A stretch of 64,000 nucleotides of DNA, taken from the IMG/VR virus record IMGVR_UViG_3300019124_000038, positions 64,001 through 128,000 of that record; one strand, 5' to 3'. This document shows, in pieces, positions 39,218-49,296 of the stretch; the stretch's first letter is position 1, and every line of letters starts with the position of its first letter. This stretch comes from a virus. Under the pieces are notes generated by a model that was not told where the DNA came from, did not search any database, and was given only the letters and a program-made list of their open reading frames with translations. A program made the position numbers and the translations under genes.

Positions 39218-40222
39218 ATGAGCAAAGTGTATGTTGGCTATGACAATGGCAACGGCAACCAAGACGTGTGCTCGAATCACCATAAGGAAGTGATCGACTT
39301 TCCCTCTGTGACGGGTGAAATCGACGTACCGCGCCCTATCGAGGGAGACCCCGATAAAAAGCTCCAGCACATGACAGTGAAGAAAGGAATGAAGCATATC
39401 GGTGTTGGAGAGTGCGCCATCAACCACGCAAAGCTCCGTAACCATGACGTAGCAGATGATAAGTATACTACCAAGCAGTCTATTCTACTCGCCCATACTG
39501 CTGTTTCCTTGGTGGCTCCTGAAGGGTTTTCTACTGTCAAGATGGTTCTCGGATTGCCGTACTACAAGATGAACGAAGGTAAGCATATCGCCGACAGCTA
39601 CAAGGGCATGGTACATGGCTTGGAGATCGGATTCTACGGGAAGTACACGCCGCCGAAAACCATCAATATCGAAGACGTAGAACCCGTTCCGCAACATTAC
39701 GGTGCAATGTTCGATCTCACGCTCGATGACAACGGCGAGATTGCCAATAAAGACCTCGTTCTTGGCTACCTCGCGATCTATGACATTGGATACAAAACAA
39801 ATATGGGCGCAGTCTTCCACCGATTTAATCCCGTAAGTCGTCACAGCATCCACAGCAAGAACGGGATGCACGTCGCGTTCGATCAGATCGCCCGCAAGAT
39901 CGGTCAATTCTTTAACGGCTTGGAAGTGAAGGCATACGACATTCCAAGCATCATCCGTGGCGGTGGGAAGGTCAAGGGGCATGATGTAACACCGATCATC
40001 AACGAAGGTCTCTATGATCTCGCCGTTACCATCGTCAACGAGATCAAGGCACGATGGGGTGACGCATGGGAGATTACTCAGATGGCGTTCACGGGCGGCG
40101 GAGCAGTACTTCTAAAACCGTATCTGGAGCAAGCGTTCCAAGATGCAAAGTACGGCGATAACAAGCAGAACGCAAATGGTCTCCGCAAGTTCGCAGTTCG
40201 GAAGTGGGGTCGGACGGCGTGA
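39218..40222 (+). CDS. parM: ParM/StbA actin-like partition ATPase
   Basis: VGYDNGNG, LGLP, PQ..GA, YDIGYKT, FTGGGA. Confidence 0.9.
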   Translation: MSKVYVGYDNGNGNQDVCSNHHKEVIDFPSVTGEIDVPRPIEGDPDKKLQHMTVKKGMKHIGVGECAINHAKLRNHDVADDKYTTKQSILLAHTAVSLVAPEGFSTVKMVLGLPYYKMNEGKHIADSYKGMVHGLEIGFYGKYTPPKTINIEDVEPVPQHYGAMFDLTLDDNGEIANKDLVLGYLAIYDIGYKTNMGAVFHRFNPVSRHSIHSKNGMHVAFDQIARKIGQFFNGLEVKAYDIPSIIRGGGKVKGHDVTPIINEGLYDLAVTIVNEIKARWGDAWEITQMAFTGGGAVLLKPYLEQAFQDAKYGDNKQNANGLRKFAVRKWGRTA

Positions 40223-40554
40223 TCTTCTCGTTCAGCGTTCCCGAAGATAACCCGCGCTTCAAGGCTCTGATCCACTGGTACAATAGCTACAACGGTGACA
40301 AAGCGAAGAGGATGGAGCGTAGCCGTGACTTCCGCGAAATGTTTTTGCAATTGATTGGCGGCGGGGATGCTAATACAGAAGTAGAAAAATCGACCATAAT
40401 AGAAGATACTATCTCTGTTGTCGCGCCGCAACCGCAACGGCAGATTGTGAAAGACATATCTCTGCAACCTGTTAATCTTGTCGTTACCGCATCGCCAGTA
40501 CAAGAGGTAGACCTTGATAGTGAGCTTGATAATCTAAACTTTGGAGGCTTATAG
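40219..40554 (+). CDS. ParR-like partition adaptor
   Basis: Overlaps the parM stop; RHH-like N-terminus, acidic DLDSELDNL C-terminus. Confidence 0.6.
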   Translation: MIFSFSVPEDNPRFKALIHWYNSYNGDKAKRMERSRDFREMFLQLIGGGDANTEVEKSTIIEDTISVVAPQPQRQIVKDISLQPVNLVVTASPVQEVDLDSELDNLNFGGL

Positions 40555-40556
40555 GG

Positions 40557-40997
40557 ATGAAGAAGGCAAAACTCTGTGCCGCTGTTATGCTTTTAACATC
40601 AACAATCTTCGCGGGTGGGTGTAAAGAAAACAAACTACTCTCAGAGCAAGAGTATATCGACTACACCCGTGGTCAACTGACTAAATTCATGGAGATCGTG
40701 CAGAATGAAAACATCAACATTGACGACTATCGTACAGTCAAGAAATCTGTAGAAAATCAGAAGCGCAAGCTGGAGAAAATTGAGAGCACTCTGAAGGACG
40801 TACAGCCACCACCGAACTACGTTGGCGAACACCGTGAGATGTTGGAAGTTCTGCATTTCTTCATTAGGCGCGATGACGAACTATTGGAGTACGCAAAGAC
40901 GGGGAGTGGCTACGATCTGAAACAGGCTAACGATTACTTCCAAGTTGCCATCAACAATATGGAAGATGCACCTACTTTCTTTACCAAAAACGACTAG
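40557..40997 (+). CDS. lipoprotein
   Basis: MKK + hydrophobic stretch + FAGGC lipobox. Confidence 0.75.
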   Translation: MKKAKLCAAVMLLTSTIFAGGCKENKLLSEQEYIDYTRGQLTKFMEIVQNENINIDDYRTVKKSVENQKRKLEKIESTLKDVQPPPNYVGEHREMLEVLHFFIRRDDELLEYAKTGSGYDLKQANDYFQVAINNMEDAPTFFTKND

Positions 40998-41011
40998 GAG
41001 GAGGATTCCAT

Positions 41012-41479
41012 ATGAAAATCAACGTTGGGCATCGTGAGTACGGCTATCGTGATCTGAACTGCAACATCAATGTCAATGAAGTTCTGCAAGAAATCATTGA
41101 CAACCAAGACATGCAAATCAACAATTCCTGCAATGATCGCAAATTCGACGCTATCGGAAAAGTCTCTGCCGCTGGTGCTGGCTTCACCGCATTCCTTACG
41201 ATGGTTCCGCATCAAGCAATGGCGGCTGGTATCAACCTCACCCCTATCGAACGTGTTGCAAATGAGGGCTACTGGACGATTACTAAGATCGGTGTTCTGC
41301 TGGCTACTCCCTTTCTCGCATGGGGTATTCTCTCTCTTATCACATCTGGCGGCAATCCCGCAGGTCGCACCAAGGCAAAGGTAGTGGGGTTGGGAGTAGG
41401 TGGTGGCATCTTGGGTCTGGCGGCAACTCCGTGGGCTGTGAACAGCGCATGGAGCTATCTGCAAACGGCATTCCATTGA
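41012..41479 (+). CDS. TrbC/VirB2 pilin-like membrane protein
   Basis: AMAA processing-like site followed by two TM helices flanking GGNPAGRTKAK. Confidence 0.6.
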   Translation: MKINVGHREYGYRDLNCNINVNEVLQEIIDNQDMQINNSCNDRKFDAIGKVSAAGAGFTAFLTMVPHQAMAAGINLTPIERVANEGYWTITKIGVLLATPFLAWGILSLITSGGNPAGRTKAKVVGLGVGGGILGLAATPWAVNSAWSYLQTAFH

Positions 41480-41495
41480 TGGGAGGGATTAGGCA

Positions 41496-42629
41496 TTGAA
41501 AGTTCGCGTAGGAGGAAAAGTTGTCTATGACGACACGAAGCCCACCTTAATCGGCAAGCTCGATGAGGTGACAAAACAAGTTGAAGAAACGGTTGACAAG
41601 ATGAACCGCAAGTCGCGGCGGAACAAGCTGATAAAGAAGGTAGTTGGACTATTCGGTGTCATTTCTACTCTGGCATATTCTGCGGTAGCACATGCAGAAG
41701 AAGTCGCACCGAACATAACTCAGACCCCTATCCCTGAGCAGGGGATTCCTGAGAGAATTGCAAACGTTCTGGCTGATCGACTGATCGAACACGTAACTGG
41801 GTCGATGCCACATGCTGGTGAAACCGCTTCTATTTATTGGAAGCTCAACGAGATTGCATCCAAGTCTGTCCTAACGACGCAAGACTTTTTTCAAAATCCT
41901 AGTCTGGTCGGCATGTATACAGTAGTCTCATTCACCGCAATGTCCGTAACCTCGCTTATCATGGGGAAGAAGTGTCTTGACATGATTAAAGCACACACGG
42001 TAGGCGGCAGTACGATGGGAGTATCCGAACTTATCCTCCGTTGTTTTGCTTCGGTACTTCTGACATACCTTACGCTTCCGATCATGAGCTATGGAGTGAA
42101 GTTGTCAAATGTAGTTGTGCAAACCATGATGGCAAACTTCGGAAGCGGAATGATTCCTATGGGGGTACATGGTGTTGGCTCATTCGCCACAACGTTTATC
42201 GGGGAGTTCTTCTGGATTATCGGCTTCTTCCTTCTTATGGCTCTCCTGATGATTCAATACTGGGTACGCCAGATCAACCTCATTGTTCTCGGAATATTCT
42301 CTCCGTTCGCTACAACCTCTTGGATTGTGGATGGAGGAGCAATGATTGGAACTCTGGTTCAGGAAACCATTGTTCATCTGACTACGCCGCTGGTTCAGGG
42401 CGGTGTCATGGCAATCGGCACGGCTATCGTAACCTCTATCGCCGCATCTCAGGGGGTAGACCCGATCAACGCGGTCTTCGCTAGTATCGCCACGATGTTC
42501 GTCATGCTGACCGTTCCGTCTTTCCTTCGTAAGTTTGTCACTGGCACGATTAACCCATTCAAGTGGGCACTAAATACGGCAGTAGGTATCAAGGCAATGC
42601 CAGCAAGACTTTTGGCCGTAGCTAAGTAG
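41496..42629 (+). CDS. VirB6/TrbL-like polytopic membrane protein
   Basis: Multiple TMs with R...L..L....P motif (QYWVRQINLIVLGIFSPFA). Confidence 0.75.
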   Translation: MKVRVGGKVVYDDTKPTLIGKLDEVTKQVEETVDKMNRKSRRNKLIKKVVGLFGVISTLAYSAVAHAEEVAPNITQTPIPEQGIPERIANVLADRLIEHVTGSMPHAGETASIYWKLNEIASKSVLTTQDFFQNPSLVGMYTVVSFTAMSVTSLIMGKKCLDMIKAHTVGGSTMGVSELILRCFASVLLTYLTLPIMSYGVKLSNVVVQTMMANFGSGMIPMGVHGVGSFATTFIGEFFWIIGFFLLMALLMIQYWVRQINLIVLGIFSPFATTSWIVDGGAMIGTLVQETIVHLTTPLVQGGVMAIGTAIVTSIAASQGVDPINAVFASIATMFVMLTVPSFLRKFVTGTINPFKWALNTAVGIKAMPARLLAVAK

Positions 42630-42636
42630 AAGGGAG

Positions 42637-42987
42637 ATGGTTAGAGTGCAAGATTATATCATTCCGCGCAACATCAATGTGAAAGAAGGTCTGATCGCAA
42701 ATCTTAACGCAAAACAAGTCCTGTTTCTCATCATCGGCGGTGCGACTTCCGTAGGAATCTGGAAGCTAGGTTCTACTTGGGATGTTGCAGTTCGAGTATC
42801 GGCAAGCATCTTCGCAGTAGGCGGCGCACTGTTTTTCACTATCTACAAGGTAGAAGGACAGACATTAGATCAATATACGTGGAATATGATGAAGTATCCA
42901 TTCCGTACTAAGAACTATGATGGAGGTGTAGAAGAATATGTTCACCAGCAAACGCCAAAAGTATGCATTAGATATGCCCTGCAATGA
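42637..42987 (+). CDS. PrgI/VirB3-like protein
   Basis: IPRNI..KE.LI..L..KQ, two TMs, KVEGQTLD. Confidence 0.8.
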   Translation: MVRVQDYIIPRNINVKEGLIANLNAKQVLFLIIGGATSVGIWKLGSTWDVAVRVSASIFAVGGALFFTIYKVEGQTLDQYTWNMMKYPFRTKNYDGGVEEYVHQQTPKVCIRYALQ

Positions 42988-44734
42988 TCTTGCTCAATAC
43001 AAAAAACATTGGTACATGGTACTGCGTGTAGGGTCGGTAGACCTTGACATGTGCGACAAAGACGACCAAGAAGCTATCCTCATGACGTTTCAGCAGATCA
43101 TTAATTCGTTCCACGCGCCGATTCAACACATTCAGAAGCGTGTACCTCTCGACTTCTCTGAGCACATCCTTCGCGTTGACAAAATGATCGGCTGTATCGA
43201 CAATGAAAACGTTAAGAAGTACGGGGAGTCCTATGTCACATATCTGGATGAGGCCGCCCAAGGCAAACTCACTACCGTCAACTATTTGATCTTAAAAACA
43301 GATCGTTATTGCTCCTATGAGGCCGCCCAGTCTACGCTCGGTTCTTTGCGCGATCAGATCATGCGGGCTGTAGAACCGCTGAGCATTGACGTACATCAAC
43401 TGACTGGCAGAGAGTTAGATGACTTCTATGCTTTCCCGTTCAAGGTGCAAGAACGCAAGGACTACGTGATCTATGGCAATGAATACCGTCGCACGTATAT
43501 TGTGACCGACTATCCGAGAGTTGCCTATCCAAACTGGATGAAGCCACTCACTGAGTTTCCGTTCCCTGTAGAAATTAGCCAGCACATCCATCCGTACTCT
43601 CGGGACATGATAATCCGCAGTCTCGAAGTCTCTATCGCAAAGTTGCAGTCCTCAAAGGAGATGGTGATGAGAAGCGGCATCAGCGCGGGGAGCGAGATTC
43701 AAGCGAAGATCGACGACGCGAAAGACCTCCTTAAACGCATCTCCAGTGGTCAAGACAGTATCTTCCAGTATGGAATGTGCGTGACGGTAGTATCTGATAG
43801 CTTGGATGAGTTGGAACGTAATAGCTATGCTATCGAAGGTGCTCTCCGTAGCATACAGGTCAGCTTTCGACGAGCGATCTACCAGATGAACAAGGCTCTG
43901 ACTTCAACCCTGCCGCTCTGCTGGAACCAGCTTAATGAATGGTATACCCTCGACTCTCGCGCTCTGTCTACCATGCTTCTGTGGACAAATGCTAACTATT
44001 CCAGCACAGGCGGCATTCTTTATGGAATCAACGAACAAACGAATGCTCTCATCACATTCGACCGCTTCGAGATGCCGAACCCAAACGCCGTTATTATTGG
44101 TAGCTCTGGATATGGCAAAAGCATGACTGCCAAGACAGTAGAGATCAGCCGCAATCTTGTTACTGGCAGTCAGGTCATTGTCCTCGACTGGAGCGGCGAG
44201 TATCGTCAACTATGCGATCTTATGGGCGGACAATACGTGGAAAGAGATCAGGAACCAGACTGGAGCCGCCACCTCATCATCTTCTACGGCGATAATGTCA
44301 ACCAGCTTCGCAAGGTTTGGCAGTTCATTCAAGCCGCACCGATGAAATGCCGCTCTTTGATCGTTGAAGAGTTTCACAACATCCTGCGTGAAGACCCGAA
44401 TCTTATCCTCACCATCATGCAAGAAATTCGTAAACGATTCTGCGCCCCGACGCTCATCACTCAGAACGTGCAGGAGTTCATGAGATCGCCAGAAGGCAAG
44501 ATGATTCTCGATCTCTGCTCTATCAAGCTCCTGCTTCATCTCGGAGACAATGATGTAAAGGAAGCGGCAGAACTCTTCCATCTGACCAAGCAAGAGAAAA
44601 TGTACCTCCGTACCTGCGGCAAAGGACGTGGCTACATTTACGCCCCGAACTTCAAGACAAAGATCAAGATTGACTACTCTGATCGCGAAGAACGGCTGTT
44701 GACTACTGATCCGAGGGAGGTTGTGCTACAGTGA
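42938..44734 (+). CDS. virB4: VirB4-like T4SS ATPase
   Basis: YGIN, NPNAVIIGSSGYGKS Walker A, LDWSGEY, LIVEEFH Walker B, ITQN. Confidence 0.88.
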   Translation: MFTSKRQKYALDMPCNDLAQYKKHWYMVLRVGSVDLDMCDKDDQEAILMTFQQIINSFHAPIQHIQKRVPLDFSEHILRVDKMIGCIDNENVKKYGESYVTYLDEAAQGKLTTVNYLILKTDRYCSYEAAQSTLGSLRDQIMRAVEPLSIDVHQLTGRELDDFYAFPFKVQERKDYVIYGNEYRRTYIVTDYPRVAYPNWMKPLTEFPFPVEISQHIHPYSRDMIIRSLEVSIAKLQSSKEMVMRSGISAGSEIQAKIDDAKDLLKRISSGQDSIFQYGMCVTVVSDSLDELERNSYAIEGALRSIQVSFRRAIYQMNKALTSTLPLCWNQLNEWYTLDSRALSTMLLWTNANYSSTGGILYGINEQTNALITFDRFEMPNPNAVIIGSSGYGKSMTAKTVEISRNLVTGSQVIVLDWSGEYRQLCDLMGGQYVERDQEPDWSRHLIIFYGDNVNQLRKVWQFIQAAPMKCRSLIVEEFHNILREDPNLILTIMQEIRKRFCAPTLITQNVQEFMRSPEGKMILDLCSIKLLLHLGDNDVKEAAELFHLTKQEKMYLRTCGKGRGYIYAPNFKTKIKIDYSDREERLLTTDPREVVLQ

Positions 44735-47160
44735 AAGATTATACTGTACTGGAGGTCAACAACGTACCTGACGAGACCGATCTGGAGAATGCAGAACGGA
44801 TGTTGCGCTCCTTCTTTCGTACTATTGAACCCGAAGGGAAGCGGGAGAAATGGGACGATAGGGATAAAATCTCTTGGGAACTTTACGCAGAGAAGGATAA
44901 GATCGGGTTCTACGCAGTAGTTCCCCGTAGAATAGAACGTCTCATTCGTAGTCGAATCTTCGACGCTTATCCCAGTGCAGAAATCAAGTCCACTGAGTTC
45001 GACCCTGCCAAGCAGTTCACAGACAAAGCGTTCGTGGCACAGATGAGTCTGCACAAGCACTTTATGTTTGCCACTAAATCGAGCAAGGCTGGTGATGCGC
45101 CTATCAGCTCCATTCTGAACTCTATGAGTGGGCTGGAGGAAGATCAGCGGATGCTTCTGCAAATCTCTATGGTTCCGATCAATAACAAGTGGCAGGGCAA
45201 GGCGTACAAAGCATATCGTAAGATGCTATTTCAAGGCGTGAAGCCGAAGAGGGGCACAAACAATACATGGGTGCGCGGCACAGTGATTGGCGCGAAGGCT
45301 CTTATGGTTCTACTTGGTGGAGTACTCTACATGATGACTTTGGGCAATGTCAATGTGTTCGATAAGTCTCTGGAGAGTCAAAAGAACACGCCTATTGAAC
45401 GTGCAGAATTGAAGGGCACTCAGCAGAAGATCGCGCTACCCGCATTCAATGTAGCAATTCGGATAGCGGCAGAAGCAAAAGACAAGAATGTAGCATCGAC
45501 TCGATTAACCGAGCTGGCAAACTCCTTCATTGAAATGGATGCCGATAACGAATGGCGAAGAACACGGGTCAACATTCGTTCATGTTACAATCAAATGTTA
45601 GATCGTAGTGTGCCTAAGCATACGAATGATATCGTAACAACAAGTGAGCTTTCCCCGTTAGTTCGGTTGGTGAACAAACATATCGTTATTCCTGAACTGA
45701 AACACTCACTCAAAACGTATCCGTTGCCTCAAGGTCTGGAAGATGGAACGTTCTTCGCCAAACATGTTCACAATGGCGAAGAGAAGGAGTTCTACTATCC
45801 GACAGATCATGTCAGTGACTTTGTGCATCCGCTCATCATCACTGGTGCGATGGGCGCAGGAAAAACAACTCTTATCAATAACCTGATGATCTCCCGCGCT
45901 GTAGCTGGCTATGGTGTCATCATCATCGACACGCAAGGCGACCAATCTCGCGACTTTATTAAGATGCTTCCGCAGTCTGAGATGCATCGTTTAGTATGGC
46001 TCAACTTCGGAGATGTGCTGAACCCTCCGCCCATCGACTTGATGGAGTTCAATGAAGTAGCGGCAACTGCCAATCCCGTGTTCGCCAAATTCTACAAGCA
46101 GAACGCCAAGAACGAGATGATCGCTCTGTTCAAGAAGCTGTGGGGACAGAACTTTGGCCCTCAAACCGAGTATATTACTCGGCACAACATTACGGCTCAA
46201 ATGGAGACAGGTGGAACCTTCCTAGAGATGTTCCGCATGTTGACCGACAAGGAGTTCCGCGAGAGCATCATCCCTGATCTTCGCTCTAAAGCTCCGCTAT
46301 CATGGAAGTTCTGGAAAACAATTGAGGAGAACTACGAGGAAAAGCAACTGTTGAAGATGTTCATGCCGTCGATCAACAAGCTCGGCGCACTCATTGAAGA
46401 CCCGATGCTTATGAACATCACGTCGCAGGGTCGTCAGACTTATAACTTCCGTCAGATGATGGATGAAGCCAAGATCGTTGTCATCACTATCCCAAAAGGC
46501 ATTCTGGTAGAGAACTGGAACCTGATCGCCAGACTCATGCTGTCGAAAATCTGGCTTGCCGCCTTGTCTCGGGAAGAGATTCACAACATTAATGATCGAC
46601 TACCTTGCTTTCTTGCGGCTGACGAAGCAGACGATCTTATCAATGAGAACTTCCCGACTATGCTGTCTCAGTCCCGTAAGTTCCGTCTCGGCATTGTCAT
46701 GGGCTTCCAGTACCTCAAGCAGATCAAGCAGAATCATCCAAAGACCTACAGTGCAATGATGGGCAACATGCCACATATCGTTGCCATGAAGATCGGTACG
46801 GAAGATCAAGAGGAGTACGGACGTATCTTCGCTCCGCATTACGCGAAGCAGGAACTCATCATGCCGTCACTCCACGGCATTGCGCGTCTCAGTGTTCGCG
46901 GCAATACGCCACATCCGTTTACCATCAAGACTGAGTTTGACCACTACGAGCGGCGGGAAGACAACATAGAAGAAGCGGCGGCGTATAGCAGAGAACACTA
47001 CACACGCACCTACGAAGAAGTCGATGCTATCGTACAGTCGAAAATTGTATCCTTGCTTGATACGTTCCAGCTCATGCAAGAAGTGGCAGATGAATACGAG
47101 CAGGAAGAAGCCGATATGTCTCTGCTCGATCAGCTTCGTGACGAAGAGGATGTGGCATAA
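44731..47160 (+). CDS. VirD4-like type IV coupling protein
   Basis: TGAMGAGKT, IIDTQGD, ADEAD, SQSRKFRLGIVMGFQY. Confidence 0.85.
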   Translation: MKDYTVLEVNNVPDETDLENAERMLRSFFRTIEPEGKREKWDDRDKISWELYAEKDKIGFYAVVPRRIERLIRSRIFDAYPSAEIKSTEFDPAKQFTDKAFVAQMSLHKHFMFATKSSKAGDAPISSILNSMSGLEEDQRMLLQISMVPINNKWQGKAYKAYRKMLFQGVKPKRGTNNTWVRGTVIGAKALMVLLGGVLYMMTLGNVNVFDKSLESQKNTPIERAELKGTQQKIALPAFNVAIRIAAEAKDKNVASTRLTELANSFIEMDADNEWRRTRVNIRSCYNQMLDRSVPKHTNDIVTTSELSPLVRLVNKHIVIPELKHSLKTYPLPQGLEDGTFFAKHVHNGEEKEFYYPTDHVSDFVHPLIITGAMGAGKTTLINNLMISRAVAGYGVIIIDTQGDQSRDFIKMLPQSEMHRLVWLNFGDVLNPPPIDLMEFNEVAATANPVFAKFYKQNAKNEMIALFKKLWGQNFGPQTEYITRHNITAQMETGGTFLEMFRMLTDKEFRESIIPDLRSKAPLSWKFWKTIEENYEEKQLLKMFMPSINKLGALIEDPMLMNITSQGRQTYNFRQMMDEAKIVVITIPKGILVENWNLIARLMLSKIWLAALSREEIHNINDRLPCFLAADEADDLINENFPTMLSQSRKFRLGIVMGFQYLKQIKQNHPKTYSAMMGNMPHIVAMKIGTEDQEEYGRIFAPHYAKQELIMPSLHGIARLSVRGNTPHPFTIKTEFDHYERREDNIEEAAAYSREHYTRTYEEVDAIVQSKIVSLLDTFQLMQEVADEYEQEEADMSLLDQLRDEEDVA

Positions 47161-47539
47161 AGTGAAGAATAAGACTAGTTTTGTTAAGGTCTATTTGCCA
47201 GAGGTTCAGGGGATTGCTAATCGGGTCTTGCACCATCATAACGGAACTGCTTACGTTAAACATAATAAAAAAACATATGCCGTTAAGGAAATTGATGGTG
47301 TATTTCATTTGACAGAAGAGTTCAGTCCACAGAAAAAGAAATATAGGGAGAGATTAGGAGACTTAACTGGTAAAAGGTTTGGGAGCCTAACTGTTATTAA
47401 GTTCCATAAAAGAGAACGAAAGAGCTATTGGCTGTGCGATTGTGACTGCGGTAAGCAGGGGGTAGTAGTATTAGGTTCCGCACTTGTCTCTGGAAACACA
47501 AAAGGTTGCGGTTGCCTAAGAGGAAAGGGAGGAAATTAA
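47150..47539 (+). CDS. homing-endonuclease-associated Cys domain protein (no nuclease domain)
   Basis: DLTGKRFGSLTV...WLCDCDCG...SG.TKGCGC; locally AT-rich. Confidence 0.6.
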   Translation: MWHKVKNKTSFVKVYLPEVQGIANRVLHHHNGTAYVKHNKKTYAVKEIDGVFHLTEEFSPQKKKYRERLGDLTGKRFGSLTVIKFHKRERKSYWLCDCDCGKQGVVVLGSALVSGNTKGCGCLRGKGGN

Positions 47540-47916
47540 AATGGCAAAAGCGCATTGCCCGATATGCAAGGAAGACTGGCACTTTAACTCCCATCAGGCT
47601 GTCTTGACCAAGGAGGGAAGGGAGGACTTACAGGCGCACGGCGATCTCAATATTATTTGTGAAAACTGTAGCCACAAGGAAGAAGAGATCGAGCGGGCGG
47701 CAGAAGAGCTGGAAACACAAGGTCGTGTATTGAGCTTTGTAGAATGAAAAGACCCCTCTCTAGGAGGGGGCAGGATAGTATTTATAGGCTGAATCCCAGT
47801 ACCAAGTGTATCCATGATCATGGAAGAGGAACGAAGTCTCCCCATTGATGATACTGACAGCATACACCGTCAAAAATTCATCATAAAGAACTTTGGTGCT
47901 ATCAATGGGATGTACT

Positions 47917-48273
47917 TTAAACATGGTTTTCATCCTCCTCATTGTCATGCTGTTCAGACATAAACTCCAAAGATTCACCACAGACCCCACAGTCGTAGCA
48001 GTAGACATAAAATTCATCAATCATTCCTTCGTCGTCAACATCAGTCTCTTTGTATTGACCTGAGCTAGTCAGTTGATCTTGGGGGTGCGGACATTCTCTG
48101 CGTAGGCGACTAATTTCTTGCTCGATCTCGTAGAGACTCTTTTGAATAGGCATGATCTGTCTTTCCAGTCTTTCCTTTTGTCCTTTTAGAACCTTTAAGC
48201 GTTGTGTGATTGGATGCGTCACTGGCACATCATCTCCTTTCGCTTCGTCTTTTCTTGTCAAGAACTTGCTCAT
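47917..48273 (-). CDS. hypothetical coiled-coil/Zn-ribbon protein
   Basis: Heptad repeats then CPH...CYDCG. Confidence 0.6.
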   Translation of the reverse strand: MSKFLTRKDEAKGDDVPVTHPITQRLKVLKGQKERLERQIMPIQKSLYEIEQEISRLRRECPHPQDQLTSSGQYKETDVDDEGMIDEFYVYCYDCGVCGESLEFMSEQHDNEEDENHV

Positions 48274-48944
48274 GGTTAGATTCTTTTAGCTCCAGTTTCC
48301 AAGCCAACGAGCCTTCTTCCGTTAGTTCCTTGTATCTCCTATTCCAGTCTCCTTTATCGGCGAAGCTATCCATTCCTAGATCGCCTAAGCCGATAAATGT
48401 TTGGTACACGACAACGTACTTCTTTTCTTTTTGCATATTACAGCTTCTTTCCTTTGCGATATTCAAGAAACTTTTTGGCAAGAGGAGTTAGTTCATAGTC
48501 ATCATGCCAAGCTCCGTCAATATAGGAAAGAAAGCCATTAGCGATAAGTGATTCTGCTTCTGATTCTCGAAAGCGTCCAGAGTCATCGAGTCGATCTTCC
48601 TCTAGGTATCTAGTCCGCCACTCAATCATGCGATTCTGGTCTACGAATTGAAGGATTTCAATTTCACGCTCGTTAAGCTGGTATTGCATGATTACACCAG
48701 AGCCGTCAGTGAGAAATCCAGTTGTCACTTTCATTAAGATCATCGCTCCTTTGAGTTTAGAGTTGCACGATACGTGTTATCGTTCGCAGTCTTCGAGCTT
48801 CAAGCTCTGCGGCATTGAAATCATAATTGCACTCTTTGTAGATGCGGTTCGCTTCGGGGTATGTGAGCTTGTATTGTGTCACCAAGAAGAAGATGTTGCG
48901 TTCGTGCTCTCGGTACTGTTCTGGTATCATAGTGGATACCTCCC

Positions 48945-49235
48945 TTATTTAGATTGGAAGATGGCGTTCATCCATGCTTTAACAGCTTCCCTGTCATCGG
49001 TGTCATATGGACATTTGTAGAAGTAAACTGCTTTCGTCATGTCTGCTTCTACATTAAACTGATTGAACAGGAAGTGTTCCTTATGTTCGCCCATAAGCGT
49101 ACCAGAATCAACTCGCTTGCCTTCTAGGGTAACGCCAACAACCTTTACGACTCCACCGTCATGAAAAACCGCAAGAGCTTCATTGAGAGTAATCGGATAG
49201 TATTGACGCTCTTTGGGATTAAAATTTTGTCTCAT
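48945..49235 (-). CDS. hypothetical protein
   Basis: RBS and minus-strand promoter TTGCAT-N18-TATAAT just upstream. Confidence 0.65.
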   Translation of the reverse strand: MRQNFNPKERQYYPITLNEALAVFHDGGVVKVVGVTLEGKRVDSGTLMGEHKEHFLFNQFNVEADMTKAVYFYKCPYDTDDREAVKAWMNAIFQSK

Positions 49236-49296
49236 TTTGACATCCCCTTTCGTCTTATACGTGTATTATATCACAAGGAGGAGAGTGTATGCAACC

